A DNA stretch of 61,695 nt, counting the filler. It is 8 parts of 8 records of this genome, joined end to end, with 100 filler letters (N's around TTAATTAATTAA, not from the genome) between each part and the next. Parts side by side here need not be neighbours in the genome. Positions count along the whole stretch, not along the records: positions 20,777 to 25,900 come from SRR31147125_24495; positions 26,001 to 32,871 come from SRR31147125_24499; 6 more parts are not named here. One strand, 5' to 3'. A program made the translations under genes and the position numbers. The notes beneath the pieces are model-generated. The model saw only the letters and a list, made by a program, of their open reading frames with translations. It was not told the origin of the DNA and made no database searches. Each line of letters begins with the position of its first letter. Within the stretch, counting starts at the first letter, position 1. Shown piece by piece: positions 20,777 through 31,186 of the stretch.

Positions 20777-20863
20777 CCTGGTTATCAATCGCGTACTTGA
20801 TCCGCATGGACAAGCCACGGCTTGAATATCCTCCACATGTCGTATTATTATTTTGTCATCCAT
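20777..20863 (-). CDS. Probable cupin-domain protein, N-terminus only
   Basis: MDDKIIIRHVEDIQAVACPCGSSTRLITR; CPCG-S-R start resembles a small cupin family; runs into the spacer. Confidence 0.45.
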
Positions 20864-20914
20864 ATTCTCGATCCCATAATTGCTTATTCATATCAACTGT
20901 CTTACTCATTTAAT

Positions 20915-23914
20915 CTATGGTTGTAGCTCTTTTTGCAATAATTCAATACTTTTTGCCAGTCTTGTCCGATGTTCATATATTGGCTCAGGAGATGTGGAAA
21001 ATTCAATTAACGACGTTGTCACATTGGCTGGAATGGTCAATAATTCCCGTGCTGCCTGAACTTCTGCCACATTCCCCCTCTTTTGCGCCACTTTATTAAC
21101 CAGATCACGTAATAACCACAAGTACTCATAATCTTCCATTCCTTCACGCAGCATTTCCCACCGAATCGAACTGACAGGGCCCTCATCACATTGTTTTGCA
21201 GATTCAAATACAGCCTTTGGTGGATATAAAAACCGACCATCCCCATTGCCCCAAAAACGAACCGTTTTTTCTTTTAAACCATAACCCGAATGATAACTCA
21301 TCGGATCTGTGTAAGGATTTTGTAATTGAGGTTCTGGATAAACAACAGGACTTGACCAGTAGTTTGATTGCCAGATTAAGATACCTTCTATATTGTATTT
21401 CCAGGCTTGCCAGATCCAGGTTCGTAAATTTACAGCAGGATGATCAATAAATAACGTACAATAAGGTGCTTTTGGAGTTGTACAAATATACCACCAAAAA
21501 CGTTCTCCTTGAGCTCTGCGTTTTTCAGCTATTTCGTGATCATAATTCCAGGTAACAGGGCACCATAAATCAACATATCCATATAAATCGTTTACCGGCT
21601 GCTCAGTCACCATTCGTGTTAAATCAGGAGCAGCCTGATGGATCAGATCCATTGTTTCTTTAACAATAGGATAATCCTTGGGCTGCGGTTCATCAAACCA
21701 GTAGATATACGCCTTATCCAGCCATTTCTTTTCCCTTAAATGATAATGTAATTGTCGCAAATAATCAAACATAACTTGTCGATATTCCTGACTACCTTGT
21801 GCAAATCCGCCTAATTCACCCCGTTTATAACCCAGGAATGTTCCTGATGCCAATCCTTTTGGCTGGAGTCGAAATGAATTAAAGCCATATTCGGTAAAAT
21901 TACGTTCAGCGATAGCGTCAAAATCACAAAAATCCAGTTTTACTTTTAAGGATTTTTTATCCACCTTTTGTTTAATTTCATGCAAAACAAAGGGATTATA
22001 AGGTGATATCCGGTGTTCAGCAAAACTCTTAAAATATTTATTTAAAACAGGGCCGATATCCGCTTTTTCAGAAAAATGATGATAGACACCCACAAAGACA
22101 GGTTGAAAGCCAAATGCCGACTGTAAATGACTGATTTCAGGTAAAGTAAAATCCCAGACATGTAACCGGAAAGGCACACGATAAGACCAGGAACCAGCCT
22201 CAAGTTGGATCTCTCCAATGTATTCACCGGCAGATACATTTGATGGAACATAAATCAATACCCATATTGGTTGATTTTGATCCTTTTTCACTGAAAATGT
22301 TTGTTGAATCGGTGGCAACGGGTCCGGCCAGTCTCCGATGGAACCCATTGCATCCGTTGGATAAGTAACCGGTACATAATCAACAAGCAGTGTGGTAATG
22401 GAACTGATTTGTTTGGAAAATCCATCCACATACCGCAATGGCGATGTCTTTATTCGGATATTTTTAATATCCTGCTGTGGCTTAAGCATCAATTGAAAAG
22501 GTTCATATTCATTTCTGGCGGCATACACCTTGATTTCTTTACGCGTCGAGTTTTCGGGCGCCGCTCTAACTCGACTTATTTTGCGGGTTGCGTCCGTCCA
22601 CCACAAGATGGCATGTTCATCTTTACCAACAAAGTGTCCATAGTCTGTTCTATGTAAATATGGGACGGAAAAATGGGATGTGGCAGAAAACAACGTCTTT
22701 TTGTTTTTCTGCCTTCTAATGGTTAAATTTTTCAATTGGTACGGATTTTTATTCGATAGTGGAATCCTGATGCGTTTGGTTTCAGATGATGGAATTCTGA
22801 TTGTCTTGCGGGTTTCACCCTTTTCATCCCAAAAGTATTCAAAATCCTGATTTCGTCTCGAACGGTTCGTTATAGAAATCAATGCAGATCTTTGTTCCGG
22901 ACCGTTATCTCCCATGGAAAGAATTTTAACATCCAGCTCTGAATTTAATTTTTCAATCTCTATGAATCGTGAATTTCCTATAAATGACGCCTCATTGGAA
23001 GAGAGTTGCGCCTGATATTCATAGTTATCAATTTGTAAACGTGGCAGTAAACCATTCACCATAACTCTAACGAATATCTCTTTGGCAGGTAAAAAGCGGG
23101 ACGGAATTTCAAAAGAACGTCGTCCGGATTTCATATGTCCTATTGTGTCCCATTTATTGCCATCAAGGCTCACGCTGACATGGCACGTTCCGGCTCTGTA
23201 ATAACCTACGTCCAAAGTGAAAGATCCGGAAATTTGTTCTTCCTGTCCCTGTTTTAAGCGATGATGAAATATGACATAATCGCCCTGGTGCAAATCCCAT
23301 CTATAAGTGTTAAAATATCCTTTATATGACAATAAAAATCTGGACGTATTCGAAATAAAACCCTGATTGATAAAACGAGCCCGATACAATCCGTTTTTTA
23401 TACTTTCCCCTGAACCAAGAAAATATTCATTATTAAATTGGTGGACTAACTGCACAGGGATAACTTTAATATCCCGAAACCAGACTTTACCGTTGACATG
23501 CCATTGTCCCAATCGAAGAAACGTTTTTCCGGATTCATCAGGAGGGGTGACGATAAATTCTTTGTCTTCCCAATACTCACTTATCTGATTGTCAAAATTA
23601 GCAAAATTCGTTCCGATCAGCACCTGGCCATCGTTGGTTCCTGCTGATCTCCGCACCTTACAGGATAATTTATAGGTTTGCCCGCTTGCAAATGAGTAAT
23701 TTAACGTCCAATAATTCGAATCGCCTGCATGACCTATCCCTGTCACAGTCAAACATTTTTCACCTGTTATGGGATCTGTTTCCAATCCCCCATCTCCGCC
23801 AGACAAATGCCATTTTTTCAATTGTATAGATTCCGCAAGACCATCAACAATCTGGCTCATGATCAAAAAAACAATAACGAATGACAACATATATGCTCTT
23901 ATTTTTAAACACAT
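20915..23914 (-). CDS. Secreted multidomain glycoside hydrolase (CBM-like N-terminus, DUF4091/GH123-like C-terminus)
   Basis: Signal peptide; AARNEYEPFQL, WPDPL, YWFDEP, WWYIC, GNGDGRFLYP and SIRWEMLREGMEDYEYL motifs. Confidence 0.75.
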   Translation of the reverse strand: MCLKIRAYMLSFVIVFLIMSQIVDGLAESIQLKKWHLSGGDGGLETDPITGEKCLTVTGIGHAGDSNYWTLNYSFASGQTYKLSCKVRRSAGTNDGQVLIGTNFANFDNQISEYWEDKEFIVTPPDESGKTFLRLGQWHVNGKVWFRDIKVIPVQLVHQFNNEYFLGSGESIKNGLYRARFINQGFISNTSRFLLSYKGYFNTYRWDLHQGDYVIFHHRLKQGQEEQISGSFTLDVGYYRAGTCHVSVSLDGNKWDTIGHMKSGRRSFEIPSRFLPAKEIFVRVMVNGLLPRLQIDNYEYQAQLSSNEASFIGNSRFIEIEKLNSELDVKILSMGDNGPEQRSALISITNRSRRNQDFEYFWDEKGETRKTIRIPSSETKRIRIPLSNKNPYQLKNLTIRRQKNKKTLFSATSHFSVPYLHRTDYGHFVGKDEHAILWWTDATRKISRVRAAPENSTRKEIKVYAARNEYEPFQLMLKPQQDIKNIRIKTSPLRYVDGFSKQISSITTLLVDYVPVTYPTDAMGSIGDWPDPLPPIQQTFSVKKDQNQPIWVLIYVPSNVSAGEYIGEIQLEAGSWSYRVPFRLHVWDFTLPEISHLQSAFGFQPVFVGVYHHFSEKADIGPVLNKYFKSFAEHRISPYNPFVLHEIKQKVDKKSLKVKLDFCDFDAIAERNFTEYGFNSFRLQPKGLASGTFLGYKRGELGGFAQGSQEYRQVMFDYLRQLHYHLREKKWLDKAYIYWFDEPQPKDYPIVKETMDLIHQAAPDLTRMVTEQPVNDLYGYVDLWCPVTWNYDHEIAEKRRAQGERFWWYICTTPKAPYCTLFIDHPAVNLRTWIWQAWKYNIEGILIWQSNYWSSPVVYPEPQLQNPYTDPMSYHSGYGLKEKTVRFWGNGDGRFLYPPKAVFESAKQCDEGPVSSIRWEMLREGMEDYEYLWLLRDLVNKVAQKRGNVAEVQAARELLTIPANVTTSLIEFSTSPEPIYEHRTRLAKSIELLQKELQP

Positions 23915-24109
23915 TTATAATATTTCCCCTATATACATGGAAATAATATTTTATATTATCGTTATTAAGAACATAATCAGACTCATTTTATTCAAGGTCA
24001 TCATAAGGATCTGCCTGAAATAATAATAATATTTAAATTGAATTAAAAGATAAAAAGCAGATAAAAGCAGAAAAAGACATAATGACAGGAATGTGAGCAG
24101 CAATCAGGT

Positions 24110-24147
24110 AAAAAAAGGGAAAATCCGAAGCCAAACGGATCTTCCCT
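24110..24147 (-). terminator. Rho-independent terminator of the beta-barrel gene
   Basis: Minus strand reads AGGGAAGATCCG-loop-CGGATTTTCCCT followed by a T-run. Confidence 0.7.
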
Positions 24148-24168
24148 ACCGAAGGAGAAAAAAACAAT

Positions 24169-24702
24169 TTAAAAGGAGTATCTTAAACCAACCGTATTTG
24201 CATGACCAATAAAGTTTAATCCATCACTATATATGGCCGCATCTAAATTCAAAGCGATACCAGGAAGGATCGCCAGGTCAATACCAATACTATTTCGCAT
24301 ATTTAGCCAATTTTCTGTCTCTTTGTCCAGTTGATCATAATCCAGATTTTTGTGATTATACACAACACCGGCAGAGATATAGGGTTTGATAATTGAAAAC
24401 GTCATTGGAAATACAAAAAAGGAAAAATTCCCTCTGAAATGTTTCTCTTGACCGGCAACGTTTTGTAAATCACCTTTGCTATATTCGCCTGTAAATCCTA
24501 AAGCAAACTGCTCATTCACCTGATACCCAAGCACAAGCCCATAACCGAAAGGATTGTTTTGTTGACTCAGGCGGTCATTACTATCGTAATTGTGAAAATG
24601 ACTGGAAACAAAGCCAACAGTAAGACGATTATTTTGTGCTAAAACAGTTCCACTTGTAACGATAAGTAAAACCAACGTGGTTATATAAAAGAACTTTTTC
24701 AT
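24169..24702 (-). CDS. Small outer-membrane beta-barrel protein
   Basis: Signal peptide, alternating beta-strands, KPYISAGV, C-terminal VGLRYSF beta-signal; AGGAGG RBS. Confidence 0.75.
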   Translation of the reverse strand: MKKFFYITTLVLLIVTSGTVLAQNNRLTVGFVSSHFHNYDSNDRLSQQNNPFGYGLVLGYQVNEQFALGFTGEYSKGDLQNVAGQEKHFRGNFSFFVFPMTFSIIKPYISAGVVYNHKNLDYDQLDKETENWLNMRNSIGIDLAILPGIALNLDAAIYSDGLNFIGHANTVGLRYSF

Positions 24703-24838
24703 AAAAGGACCTCCTTTTATTTAATGTAAGTAATAATGCATCCATTGCCCTAAAACAGGCAATCTTGTTTTGCTGTAATTTAAAATATTGATTTTTCAAA
24801 CAAATGAATGTATGTAATCGATTATACCACAAAGATCT

Positions 24839-25900
24839 CTAACACGGAGTTTCTTTTTTTCTTAAAACATTTAACCGCCACAACGTCATTGAATACCCAA
24901 TCAGGGCTAATATTAAAAGGTGAATAAATTCAGGCCAAATATGAACCCAACTGGCATCCATCTGAGTAATCCGAATAAAAGCCTGCAAATAGGGTGTGCT
25001 GGGAATAAATTGAGTGAACACCTGTAAAGGGACAGGCATTGTCTGAATTGGCCAACTGTATCCCGACAACAAAAATACAGGATAGGATGTAAAGACAAAA
25101 AATTGTAACGATATTATTTTCTTTTTGAAAAAAGACGCAATAAAAAAACTCAGAAATAAAACAGATAATAAAAAAACACCTGTCATAAGGGCTAATGCCA
25201 GAATGTTCCCCCTGAGGGGTATTTTATAAAGATTGAAATGAACGATAAAAAAGAACATGGTATATGAGGCAAATAATATAAAATAATAGCTTGTTTTACC
25301 AGCTAACACTATACTCGATTTGCCATTCGCGTATCCAAACAATTGACAAAAGGTGTTATCCTCTCTCTCTTTGGCAACACTTTCCGCCAGGCCGATGAGC
25401 ATCGTTTGCTGAAGAATGAGCACCAGCAATCCAGGAATGAGAAAATCACCATATGCATCGACAGTATTAAACATGTTTTTTATCTCAGCCCGCAGAGGTT
25501 CCACCAATTCAACAGCCTGTTCATAATTATAGCCATTGACCTGAAAATAACGTAAACGAATAGCTGCTCCCATGGTAGCAACAACCTCTGTAACTGCTTT
25601 GTTGATATCATTGGAGACAAGAAAACGACTCGCGTTTGCATAGACCTTCAAGTCAGAGCCGCGTCCAGCCTTTAATGATTCATGAAAATCTTTTGGAATA
25701 TAGATAATACCTTGAGCTTCCGCGGTGAAGATTTTATCCTCAGCCTGGGACATATCCGGTACGGAGCCAACAACAGATATCAACTGATGCGAATCAAGAC
25801 TCCTTACCAATTGACGCGAAAGTTGCGAATGTGAATTATCTATCACCACAACCGGCACACTATGTTCCGTTTTATTCATATAGATTGAACCATAAAAAAA
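24839..25900 (-). CDS. ABC-2 type exporter permease (YbhR/YbhS-like), 5' end truncated
   Basis: PVVVIDNSHSQLSRQLVR, YGDFLIPG and FLLSGYSWP motifs. Confidence 0.8.
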   Translation of the reverse strand, partial: FFYGSIYMNKTEHSVPVVVIDNSHSQLSRQLVRSLDSHQLISVVGSVPDMSQAEDKIFTAEAQGIIYIPKDFHESLKAGRGSDLKVYANASRFLVSNDINKAVTEVVATMGAAIRLRYFQVNGYNYEQAVELVEPLRAEIKNMFNTVDAYGDFLIPGLLVLILQQTMLIGLAESVAKEREDNTFCQLFGYANGKSSIVLAGKTSYYFILFASYTMFFFIVHFNLYKIPLRGNILALALMTGVFLLSVLFLSFFIASFFKKKIISLQFFVFTSYPVFLLSGYSWPIQTMPVPLQVFTQFIPSTPYLQAFIRITQMDASWVHIWPEFIHLLILALIGYSMTLWRLNVLRKKETPC

Positions 25901-26000
25901 NNNNNNNNNNNNNNNNNNNNNNNNNNNNNNNNNNNNNNNNNNNNTTAATTAATTAANNNNNNNNNNNNNNNNNNNNNNNNNNNNNNNNNNNNNNNNNNNN

Positions 26001-26355
26001 GGAAAATTTCATCCGCATGGAAAAATGGATATTTGACAGTCCTGATCTTCCCGGAGAAGTATTCAGGGAGTTTGTCAGGGACTGCTACCAGAAAAACAAG
26101 CTGATCCAAAGCAGACTTGATGTGGGAGGTCAGAGGGTCGATCTGAAAAAGGTCACCATGCCCCTGCTCAATATCTATGCCAAATACGATCATCTGGTGC
26201 CCCCTGAAGCCTGTGATAAGCTGACGGCCTGTGTGGGCACAGATGACACCGAGGATATCTGCCTGGAAACCGGCCATATCGGGATCTATGTCAGTTCAAG
26301 GTGCCAGCAGGCCTTTGCCCCCAAAATTCTGAATTGGCTTGGAAAAAGAGATTAA
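26001..26355 (+). CDS. phaC: Class III poly(3-hydroxyalkanoate) synthase PhaC, C-terminal fragment
   Basis: MEKWIFDSPDLPGEVFREF, YDHLVPP (catalytic Asp) and TGHIGIYVS (catalytic His). Confidence 0.85.
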
Positions 26356-26422
26356 CCAATCATAGGACGGGAAATCGGGGATCGACCCAAGGCCCCGTGA
26401 ACCACGCCCCAAAGGAGCAGAC

Positions 26423-27468
26423 ATGGTTAAGAGAAAAGACTATTTCGATGCATTCTGCCGGGTCAGCGGGGCCCTGGGCAAGACCACCAACCATAACACC
26501 CTGCTCAAGCTTATTGTCAAAAGTGCGGTTGAAAGCCTGGACGGCAAAGCCGCCTGCCTCTTCCTCAAGGACCCCGGAGCCAACAGCTTCATTGCCAAGG
26601 CCCAGACCGGCCTTTCTGAGAATTATCTCCATGCAAGCCCCATAAAAGCGGCAGAACTGGTCCGTGGACTGAAAAAAAAGGATACCTTGTTTTTGAGGAT
26701 GCAGCCACAGATGTACGTCTGGAAAACCGCCAGGCCAAAATCGACGAAGGGATCGGTTCCATCTTAACGGTTCCGGTGCAAATCGCCGGTGCCACCAAGG
26801 GGGTGCTTTCCCTTTATACGGCAAATAAACGCAAATTCACCCAACGGCAGATTCAGTTTTTAAAGGCCCTTGCAGACCAGGGCGGCAATGCCATCCATAC
26901 CAATGGTCTTTTGACCCGGTTGAGAAAAAATGCCATGCTTTTTCTTGAACTGGCCTCCTGTGTCAATTCCAGCCTGGATTTCAAGGAGATCCTGGAAAAC
27001 CTGACGGTGAACACCTGCCAAACCCTTGAGATGAAAGGGGCCGACATCCGGCTGATCGACGAAGATACCGGCGCCATGCGCCTGGTGGCCTCCCACGGGT
27101 TAAGCCAGCAATTTCTTGAAATCAAAAAAACCATTAATACTGAAACCACAACCCGGGCCCTTAATGGAGAAACCATCATCCTCAGCCGTGCAGACACCGA
27201 TGAAAGAGTCAGGCTGAAAAAGGAAATGATCCAGGAAGGGATCAAATCCATGATTGTGACCCCCATCCTGGCCAGGGAGCATGTCATCGGCGTGATGCGG
27301 CTCTACAACGCCGATTATGCCCAATTTCCCCCGGATGTGCTCGTCATGATCGAAGCCTTGGCCCATCACGGCGGGCTTGCCATTCAAAACGCCTCCATGT
27401 ACATCAGGCTCAAAGAGGATAAAAAAAGTCTGGAAAAGGATATCTGGAGCCATCGGGCCTGGTTTTAA
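26423..27468 (+). CDS. Tandem GAF-domain protein without output domain, frameshifted at the A8 run 26672-26679
   Basis: A -1 shift joins ORFs 26423-26767 and 26776-27468 through KGYLVFEDAATDVRLENRQAKIDEGIGSILTVPVQ; two GAF repeats (A..GLS..L; VP..GVL.LY; LA.QGG.AI.N). Confidence 0.75.
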
Positions 27469-29659
27469 AGGACAGGGGCAGCAAGATTTTTTCCAACTGC
27501 CTGAGCATGGCTGCTTTTTTAATTCTTTTTACGGATTGAATATCGGCAATGGCAGCGGCGATATCCAGAGCGGCCTTCCGGTCTTCTTTTCCAGGTATAA
27601 GGTCCTTAATGGTGTTTAATGCGGCCTTTTGATCCTTTTCCAGAATGGCAGCCTGATCCCGGATCATGGATTTCAGCCGGTCCGGTTCAATTTGCCTGAG
27701 CCGGGGATCTGTTTTCATGAACATTTTTGCAGCATCGTACTCTGCCATGGCAAAAACGTAATTGGCACCGGTAACGGCCAGGATAATCCGGACCACGGCT
27801 GCTTGAAACCCGCCTTTTTTCATGGCTGCAGACCATAGTTGATCTTCAAGGGCCTTAAACATTTCGGATTTTTCCGGCCCCTGGTCCACGGTTTCCGATC
27901 TCTGTTGTTTTTCCTGGTCAAAAAAAGGGTTTTCATCCATAGATTGCCGTACAAAGTATAAAAAAGCGCCTCGTATAAAGCATCCCGGCTTTTCTGATAA
28001 AACGCGAGTGTATGGGTGATCTGGTCGGAAAACGTCTTTTCCAAAGGGTAAACCAATTGTTTTCCTTTACCGGAAAACGGTTCTGCCGGACCAGGCCGGC
28101 AACCCAGGAGACCGGGGCCATCCAGGGATTGAGATCCGACCCCGCATACCGCTGAAGCCTCAAGGGATGAAGCTGTCTTAAGGCTTCTGCCGTTACCCCG
28201 TTGGAAACCATCCGTATCCAGGGGCCCCAGCTGTCCTGATACAATTTATCATTGAACTTTGATACGGCCGCAACAGGGTAAAAGGCCTCTTCATCTTCAA
28301 ACCCGTCGTCCAATGCCAGGATATCTCCCATGGATCGTTCCACAAATGCCACATGGTGGTCCTCAAGCCAGGGCCGGCTGGGCCCCTCTTTGATGACCAT
28401 CTCATAAAGCCCGGGAGCCAGAAAATCAATGGCGTCCAAGCACCCGATGATCTCCCTGTGCTCCTTTCGGGTGACCCGGCTTGAAACAAATATTCCCAGA
28501 TGGCCCACACTGTCATGAAGCAGGTAGACAATGGTCTGGCCGTATTTTTTAATCTCTTCCACGCTTTTGTAAACCTTGGAGATCCAGTTCAATGCCTGCT
28601 GGGGCGGGGTGATATTATCCCCTTTGGATGCAAAGACCAGAATGGGATCCTTAAAATTTTTCAAATTGATATAGCTGCCTTTGCTCAGCCTGAGAAACCC
28701 CTGCTCCAATTCGTCACTGATAAAAAGATTGTTTACAATAAACCGGATCTCTTCCCGGCTCAGCAGGTAGAATCCCCCCCACCATTTTTCAAAATCCAGG
28801 AACCTGTTCTCTTCTGTATCCACCTTTGAATACACATTATACAATTTGGTCCAGAAGGTATTGGCCGCGTTGAGATCTTCAAACCCCGCCACAAGATGCG
28901 CCCCGTCAAACTGCCCGTTCCCGATATCACTGGCCAATGAGGCCAGCCAGCTCCCGCCGAAAAGCCCTCCCCTGTACCGCATGGGATTGGCCCCTTTTAC
29001 CCCGCCCCAATAGGAGAGCGGGGATCCGTTTAAGACCAGGGGGCCTGTAACATCGGGCCGGTCTGCCGCGATGAGGGCTGCGGCCCAACCGGCCTGGCAG
29101 TTGCCGATTACAGCCGGTTTCATGGCCCTGGGATGGCATTGTGCAACTTCTTCCAGAAAAAAACCTGGCATTGCTGCACATCTGCAATGGTCTGGCCGGA
29201 AACCGGCTCAGGCAAAAACATGATAAAGTATACAGGGTGGCCGGCATTCAGGGCGATGCCGATCTGGGAGTCCATTTTTGACCCGCCAATGCCGGGCCCG
29301 TGCCCTGCCCTGGGATCCATGACCACAATGGGCCGCCTTCTGGAACGGACAGCCGCTGTGGTATCAGCCCGCCTGTTTTCACCGATATCCCGGGAAATCC
29401 GTTTTTTCGCCGTTCTCCGGTCCTTGATCCTGACCAATTGAAAATTAACAGGCCGGTACAGGGTTTTTCCATCCTTTACGATTTCGTAATCAAAGGCCAG
29501 GACCGGGGGCTGCCCTGCCCTGATATGTTCAAGGTATTCATTCCCCCGTTTTCTCAGGATATCCGTAAAGAGGAAGGCACGCTGGGCCGCATCAATCCAG
29601 TACTCCATTCCGTGGGCAAACAGGGACGAGGCCTGATCAGCCTTTAACGATGATGTCAT
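27410..29659 (-). CDS. DUF3141-type PHA-synthase-like alpha/beta hydrolase, split by frameshifts near 29160 and 28040
   Basis: DPRAGHGPGIGG, GNCQAGW, GSPLSYW, FLDFEKWWGG, GDNITPPQQAL and GHLGIFVS spread over three consecutive overlapping ORFs. Confidence 0.8.
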
Positions 29660-29662
29660 GGG

Positions 29663-30097
29663 CTATTCTCTTGGTTCCGCATTTTTCGGGGGGTGGATAT
29701 CTGCCAGGCCGTCCACCACCATGATCCCGTTCTGGTTAAAGCATTGGGTGGCAAGGACGATCCGGTTCTTTGACGCATTTATTTTTTTGATTTTCACCTT
29801 GGCCGTAATGGTGTCGCCGATATAGACAGGGGCCAGAAAATTGAGTTCCTGGTGCCGGTAAATACTGCCCGGGCCGGGTAGTTTCGTTCCGATTACCGTT
29901 GAAATCAGGCCGCCGATCAACATGCCGTGGGCGATTCTTTTTTTAAAAATCGTCTGCCTGGCATGTTCCTGGTTCATATGGGCGGGATTCAGGTCTCCGG
30001 TGATGCCGGCAAATAGATAGATGTCCGATTCAGAGATTGTTTTGGTAAAATCGTCCTGGTCTCCAATCCTTAAATGGTCGATGGATTTACCTTTCAT
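29663..30097 (-). CDS. phaJ: MaoC-family (R)-specific enoyl-CoA hydratase
   Basis: FAGITGDLNPAH, RIAHGML, LPGPGSIY and FLAPVYIGDT; AAGGAG RBS before MKGK. Confidence 0.85.
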   Translation of the reverse strand: MKGKSIDHLRIGDQDDFTKTISESDIYLFAGITGDLNPAHMNQEHARQTIFKKRIAHGMLIGGLISTVIGTKLPGPGSIYRHQELNFLAPVYIGDTITAKVKIKKINASKNRIVLATQCFNQNGIMVVDGLADIHPPKNAEPRE

Positions 30098-30289
30098 TTC
30101 GTCTCCTTGGGAACGATGCCCCAGCACTTATGGTTTTGCCTTCTCTAAAAAAGCAATGATCTAACGCACCCCCGGATTCTGTCGGATTTTATCTTGTTGA
30201 GAAAATCCGATTCCGGTGCATTGATTAAAAGGAGCAGTGGGAAACTCAGTAATTTGGCTGTTCAGCTGGAAACTGATGGATTAAGATAT

Positions 30290-30318
30290 ATGCTACATTG
30301 CAACATCAACAATGTCAA
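30290..30318 (-). promoter_or_regulatory. Sigma-70 promoter for phaJ overlapped by a PhaR-like box
   Basis: Minus-strand TTGACA (30318-30313), 17 bp, TAGCAT; ATGCTACATTGCAACAT at 30290-30306 covers the -10 and spacer. Confidence 0.55.
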
Positions 30319-30426
30319 GCCCCATTCCTCCCCCCAGGGCTTCATAAGGAAGAATAATGCAATATTTATATGTTGAATTCGAGGGTTGCCCGAGAATATC
30401 CCATGGAATAGTGTGAAAAAAATCAT

Positions 30427-30479
30427 ATTGTGCACCGCACAATTTTTTCTATTGACAAGGCTGTATTGATTTGTATATT
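30427..30479 (+). promoter_or_regulatory. PhaR-like palindrome plus sigma-70 promoter for the phasin genes
   Basis: ATTGTGC-ACC-GCACAAT (30427-30443), then TTGACA (30452-30457), 16 bp, TATATT. Confidence 0.6.
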
Positions 30480-30556
30480 GAAGGTATTAAATCCGTCTTT
30501 ATATTTACTTGACCCACAAGGCCAAAGGTCTTTTTAAAACCAAAAAGGAGAGAGTT

Positions 30557-30817
30557 ATGGAATCGGCAAAAATCGCAAAACAGATGATCGGATTTCAAAA
30601 AACCGTGGTTGACAACAGCTTTAACGCCATGAAGGTTGTCCAGGAACAGACTGAAACCATGGTCAATAATTTCATGGGCCAGTTTCCGTGGGTGACAGAA
30701 GAAGCCAAGCAGCAGACCAGTGAAACCTTTGACTTTGTCAAAAAAGCCCAGGATGATTATAAAAAGGCCATTGATGAAGGCTATGCACGGTTTGAACATT
30801 TATTTGATCAAAAATAG
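30557..30817 (+). CDS. Phasin-like PHA granule protein
   Basis: Small amphipathic helical protein (KQMIGFQKTVVDNSFNAMKVVQEQTE); AGGAG RBS; PHA context. Confidence 0.65.
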   Translation: MESAKIAKQMIGFQKTVVDNSFNAMKVVQEQTETMVNNFMGQFPWVTEEAKQQTSETFDFVKKAQDDYKKAIDEGYARFEHLFDQK

Positions 30818-30838
30818 AAAAATTCGTGGAGGAAGATA

Positions 30839-31144
30839 ATGATGTATACCAGTAAACTATTCACCCAGGCCGTAGATTACCAGAAAGCCATGTTCGACAC
30901 CTCATTTTCAATGATGCGCTCCTTCCAAGACCAGGGCCATAAAATAATGGATATGGCTGTGGATACCAACCCCTTATTTCCCGACGGCACCAAAAAGATA
31001 TGCACCTATTGGTTGGATTTCGCCAAACAGAACCGGGAAAACTGCAAAGAATACATTGACAGCGGTTATGACAGGCTCAAGGAATTCATAGCGTCATCCG
31101 GGCCGGTATCAGGGCCTGCCAAAACAGGGAAAAAAACAAAATAA
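30839..31144 (+). CDS. Phasin-like PHA granule protein (paralogue of the upstream gene)
   Basis: Same pattern (QAVDYQKAMFDTSFSMMRSFQDQ); basic C-terminal tail. Confidence 0.6.
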   Translation: MMYTSKLFTQAVDYQKAMFDTSFSMMRSFQDQGHKIMDMAVDTNPLFPDGTKKICTYWLDFAKQNRENCKEYIDSGYDRLKEFIASSGPVSGPAKTGKKTK

Positions 31145-31186
31145 AGCCTTTCAAAGGTACGCCTTTATCTTAAAAAGGATATTGCC

